Assembly (NCBI GenBank): GCA_039679675.1
Contig: JBDKUN010000029.1
Location: 1 to 64,000, forward strand
Source: Armatimonadota bacterium
GTDB taxonomy: Bacteria > Armatimonadota > UBA5829 > DTLH01
Direction of reading: 5' to 3'
Length of the DNA: 64,000 nt
The notes under the pieces were generated by a model. The model saw nothing but the letters and a program-made list of their open reading frames with translations. It had not been told where the DNA came from and ran no database searches. Below, piece by piece: positions 1 to 8,408 of this stretch. The translations under genes were made by a program, and so were the position numbers. Every line of letters begins with the position of its first letter. Position 1 is the first letter of the stretch.

Positions 1-229
1 CGACCCGGACATAGCGGGTTTTGCCGTTATCACGCTCGCATTCAGACAGAACGCTCATACCGGTGGGGTAGATAATCAGTCCGAGATCTGCAAAGCGTGG
101 ATGGAGTTCGCTCGTCAGCCGGTCTTCGGAAAGATATTTGTAGCCCCCTGCTTCCTTTGGCATCTGCCGGTCAGGGGCGAGATATGGTACCTGCAGCATA
201 ACGCTGAGTAGCTTCGTTCTAACAGACAT
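1..229 (-). CDS. ERF-family single-strand annealing protein (N-terminal part; runs off window)
   Basis: Manual translation MSVRTKLLSVMLQVPYLAPDRQMPKEAGGYKYLSEDRLTSELHPRFADLGLIIYP resembles the ERF N-terminus (GYKY.SE...L.P....GL.I.P); early phage gene position. Confidence 0.65.
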   Translation of the reverse strand, partial: MSVRTKLLSVMLQVPYLAPDRQMPKEAGGYKYLSEDRLTSELHPRFADLGLIIYPTGMSVLSECERDNGKTRYVRV

Positions 230-255
230 AGATTTATCCTTTCGTATGAAAACCG

Positions 256-486
256 CTATCTGGAGGGTGTTCCCTGCGTCACTTGCCGGTACTGTGCATA
301 GTCCTGCATAGCCGCCTCCGCGCCGATCGGCGTGTCCGGACGGTGCATTGTCCTGATGAAATCGTTGTGAGCAGCTATAGCACCCAGAATGCAGCCGATG
401 ATTGCGGCGATAACAAACAGCCGCCTAAACCACTGTTTTGAATCCCGGCTGAGTTGGTCCCAACCTGGCATTAAGTATCTGAGCAT
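256..486 (-). CDS. Small phage membrane protein
   Basis: ATG at 486 with GGGAGG SD; one hydrophobic segment LFVIAAIIGCILGAIAA. Confidence 0.6.
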   Translation of the reverse strand: MLRYLMPGWDQLSRDSKQWFRRLFVIAAIIGCILGAIAAHNDFIRTMHRPDTPIGAEAAMQDYAQYRQVTQGTPSR

Positions 487-491
487 CGGCC

Positions 492-605
492 TTACCTCCC
501 ACGGATGATCATCAGTTGGCATATTGCAGTCAGCACTATCAGCGCGGTGATAATCCCAGCCAGGACGTTCGAGATGGCCTTGCAGAGATCACGGTTGTTT
601 GTCAT
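492..605 (-). CDS. 37-aa single-TM phage peptide (not in ORF track)
   Basis: MTNNRDLCKAISNVLAGIITALIVLTAICQLMIIRGR; ATGA overlap with upstream stop; fills the gap in the early operon. Confidence 0.55.
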   Translation of the reverse strand: MTNNRDLCKAISNVLAGIITALIVLTAICQLMIIRGR

Positions 606-904
606 GGCTGAGTCTCCAATCCCTCTGCTGCGATGCGCTCCAGCTCAAACGCCGGAATACGTACACATCGGCCAAGTTTGGCGATTTTGATCTTCTTATC
701 AGCAATTTGTGTTCGGAGAAACCGCTCTGTTACGTGGAGAGATTCCGCGACCTCCTTGACTGTGAAGGCTGATCGTGGTACGCTTTCGTGTGTGGATGGG
801 GAGTCAGCCCCGGCCAAGGAAACTGACTCCTGATCTTCTCCCCAACCATCCGGCGTCCTGCCGTTTGCGCCTCCTGGACGATTTAAAATCTGTTGGTTTT
901 TCAT
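602..904 (-). CDS. Excisionase-family helix-turn-helix DNA-binding protein
   Basis: C-terminal FTVKEVAESLHVTERFLRTQIADKKIKIAKLGRCVRIP is typical of HTH_17/Xis; likely ATG at 904. Confidence 0.75.
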   Translation of the reverse strand: MKNQQILNRPGGANGRTPDGWGEDQESVSLAGADSPSTHESVPRSAFTVKEVAESLHVTERFLRTQIADKKIKIAKLGRCVRIPAFELERIAAEGLETQP

Positions 905-1021
905 AATTTGTCTCTTCAATATCCCGGTAATACTTACAGTTACAAAACTCATCAGTTGGGGGTATATTGAAAACATCCCCACCATTGCCACTTGTCCGAA
1001 TTGCGTCACCCCTGGGTAATA

Positions 1022-1267
1022 TCAATGAGAGGTGGCAAAATGCGAATGTGCATTTTCATCGGCTTCACGTTGCTTAATCCAGTTGTGCACAGTGAATATC
1101 GAGACATTAATGCCAAGAGCGGCAAACTGCACTCTGATCATCTCCAGTGTGTCGCCAGCATTCTGGCGCTCCTTTACGAGTTCATACCAATCGGTATATT
1201 TGCCGCCATATACATCACGAACTTTTTGATTCAATCGCCTCTGATTATGAGGTGGCATCTTAGACAT
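1022..1267 (-). CDS. Cro-like small DNA-binding protein
   Basis: 81 aa, HTH-like TLEMIRVQFAALGINVSIFTVHNWI, divergent from the repressor, first gene of the early operon. Confidence 0.6.
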   Translation of the reverse strand: MSKMPPHNQRRLNQKVRDVYGGKYTDWYELVKERQNAGDTLEMIRVQFAALGINVSIFTVHNWIKQREADENAHSHFATSH

Positions 1268-1288
1268 AACTATCAGACCCCCCTTAAA

Positions 1289-1343
1289 AACAACTTGCGA
1301 GTTGTTGTGTCATCATAATAAGCCACAACTATCGAGTTGTCAA
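1289..1343 (-). promoter_or_regulatory. Early lytic promoter with two palindromic operators ACAACT-N4-AGTTGT
   Basis: Palindromes at 1290-1305 and 1325-1340; minus-strand TTGACA (1343-1338), 17 nt spacer, TATTAT (1320-1315). Confidence 0.75.
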
Positions 1344-1419
1344 TATATATTTTATTATTTATTAGACTTTTTTTGAGGGCGGGGCATATAATAAAACGAA
1401 CAACGAAGAAGGTGTTGGC

Positions 1420-1806
1420 ATGCCAATTGGTGTAACCCATAAAGAAGAGTTCGCCGATCTTATTAATAGATTGACTACGGGGTTGACGAACGAGCAGGTA
1501 TCGGTTAGAACCGGTGTCAGTTCTGAATACATTCGGAAGATGCGTAAATTTGGTCAAGTGCCATCTGAAGATGTCCTTGAACGAATTGCTATCGGTTTAG
1601 CTGATCGTGGTGCAAAGATAGATGATTTACGTGTTGCATCTGGCTACGAACAGCCAGCTAATCCAATCGAGGGTATCGAGAATGTCATCACAAAATATCG
1701 TCTCTCAGGCAAGCTTTCACCCGAAAAACAAGAGAAACTGATGCAGTATGTAAGGGAAATCGTTGAAGACGCCGACAGTATTCCTGAAGATGAGTTTGTA
1801 AATTAG
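1420..1806 (+). CDS. XRE-family phage repressor (CI/ImmR-like)
   Basis: HTH LTNEQVSVRTGVSSEYIRKM...VPSEDVLERIA; directly upstream of ImmA. Confidence 0.8.
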   Translation: MPIGVTHKEEFADLINRLTTGLTNEQVSVRTGVSSEYIRKMRKFGQVPSEDVLERIAIGLADRGAKIDDLRVASGYEQPANPIEGIENVITKYRLSGKLSPEKQEKLMQYVREIVEDADSIPEDEFVN

Positions 1807-1824
1807 CAATACATAACGTAATCT

Positions 1825-1887
1825 AAGCCCGCAGCAGTATCACGGGCTGCTATATAGCAGTTTTTGGTAATGCCTGCGGGCTTTTTT
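1825..1887 (+). terminator. Long terminator-like hairpin between repressor and ImmA
   Basis: aagcccgcag...ctgcgggctttttt enclosing the perfect palindrome ctgctatatagcag. Confidence 0.6.
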
Positions 1888-2476
1888 GTATTTACAGGGC
1901 AGTAGCAGGCAGGCAGTGAGAATTACGCTTTACGAGGATTTTCCACCCGAACCGCTTGAACGCTATGCGGAATCTGCCTGGAAACGGCTTGAGCTTGAGC
2001 CACCAGTCGATCTCGATAGTGTCAGACGTTTTTTGAAAATCAGGTTATATAAAAAGGCACTTGAGCCTGAAATATGCGGGATGTATATTGTTACACCAAA
2101 TGGTCGAAGGCTAATACACATCAACACCTTGTTGGATCTGCTTCCCGTCAGAAAGCGTTGGACTATCGCGCATGAGATAGGGCATCACTTGATGCTTCCA
2201 CGGAATGCAGCGCCCGGGACATATTATGATATAGATGAGGACTTTAATGGCGAGCTCGTTCAGTCACGGGACGAGTGCCGCGCTAACCATTTTGCGGCCG
2301 CTCTCCTGATGCCGCACTGGCTGGTCCGGGAGTGGTGGGGTGAGCTGGCGTCGAATCCTACCGGACGGGTTCCAATTATGGCCGACCGCTTCGGCGTCAG
2401 CCTGTCGGCTATGCGGATCCGGGTGAAGGAACTGGGACTGCAGAGCCGATTTATACCTTATGAAAAGAGGGTATGA
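1886..2476 (+). CDS. ImmA/IrrE-family Zn metallopeptidase (anti-repressor); start may be GTG 1916
   Basis: RWTIAHEIGHH (HExxH) and ECRANHFAAALLMP motifs. Confidence 0.9.
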   Translation: MYLQGSSRQAVRITLYEDFPPEPLERYAESAWKRLELEPPVDLDSVRRFLKIRLYKKALEPEICGMYIVTPNGRRLIHINTLLDLLPVRKRWTIAHEIGHHLMLPRNAAPGTYYDIDEDFNGELVQSRDECRANHFAAALLMPHWLVREWWGELASNPTGRVPIMADRFGVSLSAMRIRVKELGLQSRFIPYEKRV

Positions 2477-2479
2477 GCA

Positions 2480-3259
2480 TTGCCAACTTATGAGATTACA
2501 GGACGAAGCCAAGAGACACATCGAAAAAGAAAACGTACCTATAAGGCATTTGATGATTCAGTTGCTGTAATGAAAGCTACATCTGATGGACTTATTGTAG
2601 AGAATATCATTCTGGTTCCTGATGAAATGCCTACAGCGAGGCAATTGGGCTATGCACATTCTCTTGGATTGGAGATCCCTACCGATCCAACAAAGGAAGA
2701 GCTATCCGATCTTATTGATTGCCATGAATCAAATGATAAACCGGCTACAGATAGACACCGTGGATTTGCTGCAATGTATCGCGTATACCACACAAGATGC
2801 ACAGGGAAAAAGGAATTATTCGATAGGATTTATGAAGACCTTAAGCAGCCCGGATTTGAATATGGAATGGCTTCCTGGTTCACATACAGGGTATATCGAA
2901 GTCTCGTGCATGGCAAAGACAATGTGCCGATTCAGGGGCCAGACCATCCAATAATTACAGAAATATCAACGCAGCTCATTTCAAATGAATCCTTTATTCC
3001 TTCACTACGCGAATATAATGGACGTGATCTTATATGGTTCGGCTATTACAAGGCGCCTAACGGCAGATATTATAGCGGTGGGAATGTTCATACATCAGCG
3101 TATAAGCAAGCTCTTCAATCTTTATGCCAGATGACGGGACTAAAAGCATCTTCAGACATCAGTGGTGAGAAAGGTAAAGCAGGCTGCTTTTGTTGTGCTC
3201 CGGCCGCTTTGGTTATTTGCTTGCTTCTAATAATTGTCTGGGCATTAATAAAACCATAG
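2480..3259 (+). CDS. Prophage cargo protein with C-terminal TM anchor
   Basis: 259 aa; PTARQLGYAHSLG..IP...TKEELSDLID motif; Cys-rich hydrophobic C-terminus. Confidence 0.7.
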   Translation: MPTYEITGRSQETHRKRKRTYKAFDDSVAVMKATSDGLIVENIILVPDEMPTARQLGYAHSLGLEIPTDPTKEELSDLIDCHESNDKPATDRHRGFAAMYRVYHTRCTGKKELFDRIYEDLKQPGFEYGMASWFTYRVYRSLVHGKDNVPIQGPDHPIITEISTQLISNESFIPSLREYNGRDLIWFGYYKAPNGRYYSGGNVHTSAYKQALQSLCQMTGLKASSDISGEKGKAGCFCCAPAALVICLLLIIVWALIKP

Positions 3260-3278
3260 ATGAGAGGAAACGGGGGTA

Positions 3279-3761
3279 ATGGACATGGATCAGCAAAATG
3301 GCAACGCAAGACCGGCCAATAAGGTCGGGAAGGTCTTAGGCATTGGATGTGCTGGAATTATCCTGCTATTTATCCTGATAGCCATAATCACCAGCAATGG
3401 CAGTAATAATTCTCAGAGATCCAAACCGGCATCAAAAACCGAAGCAACAAGCAGCAAACCTGCAGCCGCGAAACCAGCCAAATGGGTGAAAATCGCAGTC
3501 TTTCAGGGCAGCGGCACAAAGAAAACTCCTAAGTTCACCGTCGGCTCTGAATGGAAGGTCAAATGGGATACAAAGCCCGGCCAGTATGGTGATATGAATT
3601 TCATGGTTGATATTTATAAAGAGGGAAGCGATATGCCGGATTCCGTAGCCAATGTAATCGGCAAGAGCAAGGATGAGAGCTGCCAGTATGACAGCGGTAC
3701 CTATTATCTTGATATAAACAGTGGCCAGCCATACATAGTCGAGATATGGGACAAGCAGTAG
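3279..3761 (+). CDS. Membrane-anchored extracytoplasmic prophage protein (possible superinfection exclusion)
   Basis: N-terminal TM, S/K/P/A-rich linker, beta-rich C-terminal domain; lies in the lysogeny module. Confidence 0.7.
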   Translation: MDMDQQNGNARPANKVGKVLGIGCAGIILLFILIAIITSNGSNNSQRSKPASKTEATSSKPAAAKPAKWVKIAVFQGSGTKKTPKFTVGSEWKVKWDTKPGQYGDMNFMVDIYKEGSDMPDSVANVIGKSKDESCQYDSGTYYLDINSGQPYIVEIWDKQ

Positions 3762-3773
3762 ATTGTTTCCACT

Positions 3774-4304
3774 TTAACCAAAACCATATGCGACGATAAT
3801 AATGAACATTCCTATGACAAGAAGGGTAGAGGATTTTCTAAGCAAACTGATCTTTTTACAACTTATGGCGTAGTTAGCGTTAATTATATCATCAAGATGT
3901 TCTATTATCATTTCTGTCGTCTGACGATTTGGTTCAGTCAGATCAGTTTTATAGTAATAATCGAGCATCTTTTTGGGATACGATGGTGCATCATATTCCG
4001 CAACTTTATATGCACGAAGAGCAAAAATTGCCGAAACAAGCAGCACAACTATACCAATAAAGCGTATCCAGAAGGATAATCCCACAGCAGTATGTGATCC
4101 GAGTGTAACCAAGACCGTTACCATAACACTAATTACAGCAAGCAGTGTGCTCGCTTTCTGGTCGATTACATCCAAGCTGTTCCATTGGATATTAAAACGT
4201 GCCCAGGCAGCGGCGAGTACTGACTTTATCCCTTCAGGGACATTATCTACCGGAATAGGAGTTGTATTATGTCGGATACCAAACAACCAAGCAAGCCAGT
4301 TCAA
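3774..4304 (-). CDS. 3-TM membrane protein resembling the Pycsar-effector (DUF5706)-like family
   Basis: IDQKASTLL before a TM pair; KKISLLRKS before the last TM; TTG start with GGAGGT SD. Confidence 0.6.
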   Translation of the reverse strand: MNWLAWLFGIRHNTTPIPVDNVPEGIKSVLAAAWARFNIQWNSLDVIDQKASTLLAVISVMVTVLVTLGSHTAVGLSFWIRFIGIVVLLVSAIFALRAYKVAEYDAPSYPKKMLDYYYKTDLTEPNRQTTEMIIEHLDDIINANYAISCKKISLLRKSSTLLVIGMFIIIVAYGFG

Positions 4305-4421
4305 AATCCACCTCCAGAACGAGTACGTGAAAGCAATCCATCACCATGTAATAGACCGGATAGTGGACGGCCGGTTAACCCACCTCCTCCACCTCCAAGC
4401 AAGGAACAGAAGACAACATAA
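4269..4421 (+). CDS. 50-aa proline-rich peptide (not in ORF track)
   Basis: AGGAG SD, then MSDTKQPSKPVQNPPPERVRESNPSPCNRPDSGRPVNPPPPPPSKEQKTT. Confidence 0.45.
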   Translation: MSDTKQPSKPVQNPPPERVRESNPSPCNRPDSGRPVNPPPPPPSKEQKTT

Positions 4422-4486
4422 ATGGCTACGCATCAGTCTATTATTTCTAAAGACAAGAGTCAAGTTCTTCCGGGATTGAATGGTTG

Positions 4487-4594
4487 TGCTATAATAACCT
4501 CATCAGCCCGCCAGGCCAATTGAACAGATTTGATGCCGTAACAGGCATCACTTACGGGCAACTCATACTCTGGCGGGCGTGAGCTGCCCGTTTT
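4487..4594 (+). promoter_or_regulatory. Extended -10 promoter and structured leader of the integrase operon
   Basis: TGcTATAAT at 4487-4495; pairings 4506-4514/4570-4578, 4531-4537/4544-4550 and 4554-4566/4579-4591, then a T-run. Confidence 0.55.
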
Positions 4595-4614
4595 GCATTT
4601 GGGGAGAGGGTATC

Positions 4615-4779
4615 ATGGGATCTATACGCATGACTGGTGATTTGCGATGGCAAATACGCATCGAGCTTTCGCGCGGAGTCGATGGAAAACGCCGGCAGCT
4701 TTTCGAAACCGTCCACGGCTGCAAACGCGAAGCCGAGCGCAGAATGAATGAGCTGCAAGATATACACGGCAAGAAATAG
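4615..4779 (+). CDS. Stand-alone integrase arm-DNA-binding-domain mini-protein (54 aa)
   Basis: MGSIRMTGDLRWQIRIELSRGVDGKRRQLFETVHGCKREAERRMNEL aligns with the integrase N-terminus GSIRNRGDHRWQITYEL...GYETVQGTKRDAQRRLNEI. Confidence 0.7.
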   Translation: MGSIRMTGDLRWQIRIELSRGVDGKRRQLFETVHGCKREAERRMNELQDIHGKK

Positions 4780-4790
4780 TCAGGTGATAT

Positions 4791-5987
4791 ATGAGTGGAA
4801 CAAGAGGATCGATTAGAAATCGCGGCGATCATCGATGGCAGATCACCTACGAATTACAAAAAACACCACAGGGCTCGCGTAAGCAGGGTTATGAAACTGT
4901 CCAGGGCACAAAACGAGACGCCCAGCGGCGGCTAAATGAAATTCTTGCAGAGATCCAAGCCGGGAAATATATCGAACCATCGAAGTTACTGGTGTCTGTC
5001 TTTTATCATCGATGGATTGGAGCTATTGGCCCCAGTTTAGCCAAGAAGACATTGGATGAGTATAAAAAAATGGGGGATAATCATATCATCCCTTACTTTG
5101 GTAATATGCTAATGTGTAATGTAGAGCCGCTAAGTATACAGGAATACTATAATTATCTGGGTGAAAAAGGGCGAATCAAGAAAACACTAAAGCCCCGAAA
5201 AGAGGGCGCGCCACCGCATAAGATAATGCCAGATGGATTATCTCCTTTGACAATCCGGCATCATCACACTTTGCTCCATAAAATGTTTGCTGATGCGGTT
5301 CATTGGAAGAAAATACCATTCAACCCATTTGATTTCGTAAAACCTCCGAAAGTCGAAAAAACAAAAATGAAGGTGCTTTCGAAAGAGGAGGTCAAGGACC
5401 TGTGCGATCATTTCATGTCAAACAAATACTATATTGCTATTGTGTTAGCTATATCAACGGGGATGAGGCGGGGAGAGATCCTTGCGCTTAAATGGGATGA
5501 TGTTGATCTCGAATCCCAAAAACCTCATGTAATAGTCCGACAATCGTTGCAACAAACAAACGGCAGGGTTATTTCTTTCAAGGAAACTAAGACTGGTAAA
5601 ATCCGAAAAATACCCATTTCAAGGAAGACAGTTAATGAACTGATAAAGCATAGAAGCAAGCAGGCAGAGAATAAATTGCTTTTGGGAGCTGAGTATGAAG
5701 ACAATGATCTTGTCTGCTGCCAGCCGGATGGAAAGATGATTATTCCTGATATACTGTCTAATGTATTTGAAGCGCACATCAATAGGATGAAAATCACTCA
5801 GGTCAGATTCCATGACCTGAGGCATACCTATGTTTCGTTACTCATTGCCCAAGGCGAACATATGAAAGTGATTTCAGAACTCCTCGGACATTCGTCCATT
5901 TCCATCACCATGGATAGATATGGACACCTATTACCAACCTTAGCTGATGCCGTTGCAGAACGATTCGACGAAGCGCTGGGATGGTAA
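4791..5987 (+). CDS. int: Tyrosine recombinase / phage integrase (ICEBs1-like)
   Basis: TGMRRGEI, KETKT, FHDLRH, LLGHSSI and DRYGH catalytic motifs; N-terminal arm-binding domain. Confidence 0.95.
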   Translation: MSGTRGSIRNRGDHRWQITYELQKTPQGSRKQGYETVQGTKRDAQRRLNEILAEIQAGKYIEPSKLLVSVFYHRWIGAIGPSLAKKTLDEYKKMGDNHIIPYFGNMLMCNVEPLSIQEYYNYLGEKGRIKKTLKPRKEGAPPHKIMPDGLSPLTIRHHHTLLHKMFADAVHWKKIPFNPFDFVKPPKVEKTKMKVLSKEEVKDLCDHFMSNKYYIAIVLAISTGMRRGEILALKWDDVDLESQKPHVIVRQSLQQTNGRVISFKETKTGKIRKIPISRKTVNELIKHRSKQAENKLLLGAEYEDNDLVCCQPDGKMIIPDILSNVFEAHINRMKITQVRFHDLRHTYVSLLIAQGEHMKVISELLGHSSISITMDRYGHLLPTLADAVAERFDEALGW

Positions 5988-5995
5988 TCTAATTT

Positions 5996-6015
5996 TGGTG
6001 GGCAAATGGTGGGCA
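5996..6015 (+). repeat. Direct repeat TGGTGGGCA x2 (candidate arm-type integrase sites)
   Basis: Copies at 5996-6004 and 6007-6015, between the int stop and tRNA-Cys. Confidence 0.5.
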
Positions 6016-6016
6016 G

Positions 6017-6073
6017 AAGGCCAGTTTTCCTTGTTTTAGGTAACTCGTTACCCTGTGGAAAACTGGCCTTTTT
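6017..6073. terminator. Hairpin between int and tRNA-Cys
   Basis: 14-bp inverted repeat aaggccagttttcc/ggaaaactggcctt followed by a T-run. Confidence 0.7.
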
Positions 6074-6087
6074 GAGCTTAAAATATA

Positions 6088-6163
6088 TGGAGGCGACGTC
6101 GGGAATCGAACCCGAGAATAACGGTTTTGCAGACCGCTCCCTTAGCCACTTGGGTACGTCGCC
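6088..6163 (-). tRNA. tRNA-Cys(GCA)
   Basis: GGCGACG...CTGCAAA...GGTTCGATTCC...CGTCGCCTCCA cloverleaf with encoded CCA. Confidence 0.95.
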
Positions 6164-6168
6164 ATTTT

Positions 6169-6243
<75 letters not shown>

Positions 6244-6462
6244 ACTCCGTGCCTATGGCACCGCAAACGATATATAAGATACCATGTCCACCCTTCATTG
6301 TCAATGAGAAAATACTGAAAACTCGACTGCTTTTAAACGGTTTCGCAGCTTCGATTATTTAGTGATATGGTAATTATTTAGTGAGTTCCAGGAGTATCTT
6401 TGCCTTCCGACGTATAACAAATATATGAAAGCATTGCAAGTTTGGAGTAGATATAAACCACT

Positions 6463-7851
6463 GTGAGCAACACCTTTATAGATACTGTTCGTAAGACAAT
6501 AACTCAGAACAATATGATCCGGCACGGTGACAGGATCATAGTCGCAGTCTCAGGCGGCGCGGATTCCGTGGCACTGCTGCATGTTCTGTGGCAGATGAAG
6601 GATGAGTTCGATCTTGACCTGATCGCTGCGCACATGAACCATGGAATACGGGGTGAAGATGCAGACAGAGATGCGCTGTTTGTTCAGGCACTCGCAGACC
6701 GCCTGAAAATCGCATCTGTTGTGGAAAAGGTGGATGTACCTGCGTTCAGGAAGAAAGCCCGGCTCGGCCTGGAAGAGGCTGCACGCAAAGTCCGCTATGA
6801 TTTTCTTGAAAACATTGCATCAGATGCCGGAGCTGCCCGGATTGCGGTTGCGCACACGGCAGATGACCAGGTAGAGACCGTTCTACTGAATATTATAAGA
6901 GGTACTGGACCCGATGGGATTTCAGGTATGCCCGCAGTGCGCGGCAGAATAATCCGTCCTCTGATTGACACGTTTCGTACCGACATCGAAGCATATCTTC
7001 GAGAAAACGGGCTCGACTGGGTTACAGACGTCACAAATATTGTAATGGACTACACCAGAAACCGCGTGCGGCTCCAACTGATCCCATTTCTTGAAGATCA
7101 GTTCAACCCAAAAGTGAAAGATGCGCTTCTTTCTCTTTCCAGGCTCGTTCGCGACGAAAACGAAGCAGCCAAGGCAGCAACAGAGATTGAGTTCTCGGCT
7201 GCCGCGAAAGAAGCAGGGCATGAATCCGTAGTATTCGATGCGTCAAAGCTCAGAAATCTGCCGCGCGCACTGCTTCGCCGGTGCATTAGGAAGGCAATTG
7301 AGCTGGTCAAAGGAGACCTTAGGGACGTTGAATACATACAGACGGAGCGTATTGCGGATAGTGTAGTCCAAAAAGAAGATGTTGCGCTGACTTTGCCATC
7401 TGGGAAGGTCTATGCACGGCTTACTGGAGACGAGTTAAGGATATTCAGGATTATAGAGCCTGCAAAGATAGATATTGAGAAAGAATTGGAAATCGGAGGC
7501 AGGACTGAAGCTCCTGAGCTTGATATTTTGTTTGAAACAAAGTTCGTTCCTGCAAATACACGGCCTGAATTGCCTTCTCAGGCTGTTATGGACCCGAAAA
7601 AGATCAAAGGAAAACTCACGTTGAGGACATGGAGGCGGGGAGACCGTATTTTGCCGCTTGGGATGACCGGGCACAAGAAACTCCAGGACTTGTTTACAGA
7701 TGCAAAGACACCGCGCAGGGAGAGAGTTCTTGTTCCTGTGATCGCAGACGAGGAAAAAATCATCTGGGTTGCAGGATATGCAGTATCAGAACTTGTGCGT
7801 GTTACCGAAAAGACATGTACAGCGCTTTGGATTGAATATTTCCGATTATAA
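6463..7851 (+). CDS. tilS: tRNA(Ile)-lysidine synthase
   Basis: VAVSGGADS PP-loop, AHTADDQVET, RNRVR, TilS C-terminal domain. Confidence 0.95.
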   Translation: MSNTFIDTVRKTITQNNMIRHGDRIIVAVSGGADSVALLHVLWQMKDEFDLDLIAAHMNHGIRGEDADRDALFVQALADRLKIASVVEKVDVPAFRKKARLGLEEAARKVRYDFLENIASDAGAARIAVAHTADDQVETVLLNIIRGTGPDGISGMPAVRGRIIRPLIDTFRTDIEAYLRENGLDWVTDVTNIVMDYTRNRVRLQLIPFLEDQFNPKVKDALLSLSRLVRDENEAAKAATEIEFSAAAKEAGHESVVFDASKLRNLPRALLRRCIRKAIELVKGDLRDVEYIQTERIADSVVQKEDVALTLPSGKVYARLTGDELRIFRIIEPAKIDIEKELEIGGRTEAPELDILFETKFVPANTRPELPSQAVMDPKKIKGKLTLRTWRRGDRILPLGMTGHKKLQDLFTDAKTPRRERVLVPVIADEEKIIWVAGYAVSELVRVTEKTCTALWIEYFRL

Positions 7852-7952
7852 GTATCCATATTCTTTACCTATTGACATATGTGAAATATTAATCAATACT
7901 AATCTTATAGTTTCCACAATCCTCGATTAAGGAGGAGGAATCGCCTTAAAAC

Positions 7953-8408
7953 ATGGCCATCGAGATCGGAAACACTGTAGAGGGTATAGTTATAAAGCTT
8001 ATGGACTATGGCGCAATAGTCCGGCTGGCAGGCGGAAAAATGGGTCTTGTGCATATTTCGGAAGTCGCGGATACTTTCGTAAGGGATATGCATGATTACC
8101 TCAAAGAGAGTGACCGCGTCTATGTAAAGGTCCTGAAGATAAACGATAAGGGGCGGTACGAATTATCTGTGAAGCAGGCAAATCCTAACGCCGTTCGAAG
8201 TTCCGAGCAACCGACTGCCACTCCACCCGCACCTGCGAAGAAAAAAGATTCAAAGATATATAACTTTGAACTAGTACGTGAGCGAGAGAAGGAGAAGATC
8301 CCGGTAACCTTCGAAGATAAGCTCTCAAGGTTCCTAAAAGACAGTGAAGAACGCCAGGTAGACCTCAAACGCAACCTCGAATCCAAGCGCGGTAGCCGAC
8401 GTAAGTAA
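7953..8408 (+). CDS. S1 RNA-binding domain protein (YabR-like)
   Basis: GLVHISEVA S1 motif; C-terminal FEDKLSRFLKDSEERQ. Confidence 0.9.
   Translation: MAIEIGNTVEGIVIKLMDYGAIVRLAGGKMGLVHISEVADTFVRDMHDYLKESDRVYVKVLKINDKGRYELSVKQANPNAVRSSEQPTATPPAPAKKKDSKIYNFELVREREKEKIPVTFEDKLSRFLKDSEERQVDLKRNLESKRGSRRK

Larger units (their letters stand above)
1..6110. mobile_element. End of a temperate prophage integrated at the tRNA-Cys 3' end (continues left of the window)
   Basis: Tyrosine integrase converging on the 3' end of tRNA-Cys; divergent Cro/CI pair; ImmA metallopeptidase; Xis-like HTH; ERF-like recombinase. Confidence 0.9.

Noticed and set aside
804..1025. 73-aa minus ORF between the Cro-like and Xis-like genes
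   Set aside because: Overlaps the Xis-like gene by about 100 nt and shows no motif; cannot be supported
1847..1860. LexA/SOS box
   Set aside because: CTG-N8-CAG is 2 bp shorter than the proteobacterial box and lies within an RNA hairpin
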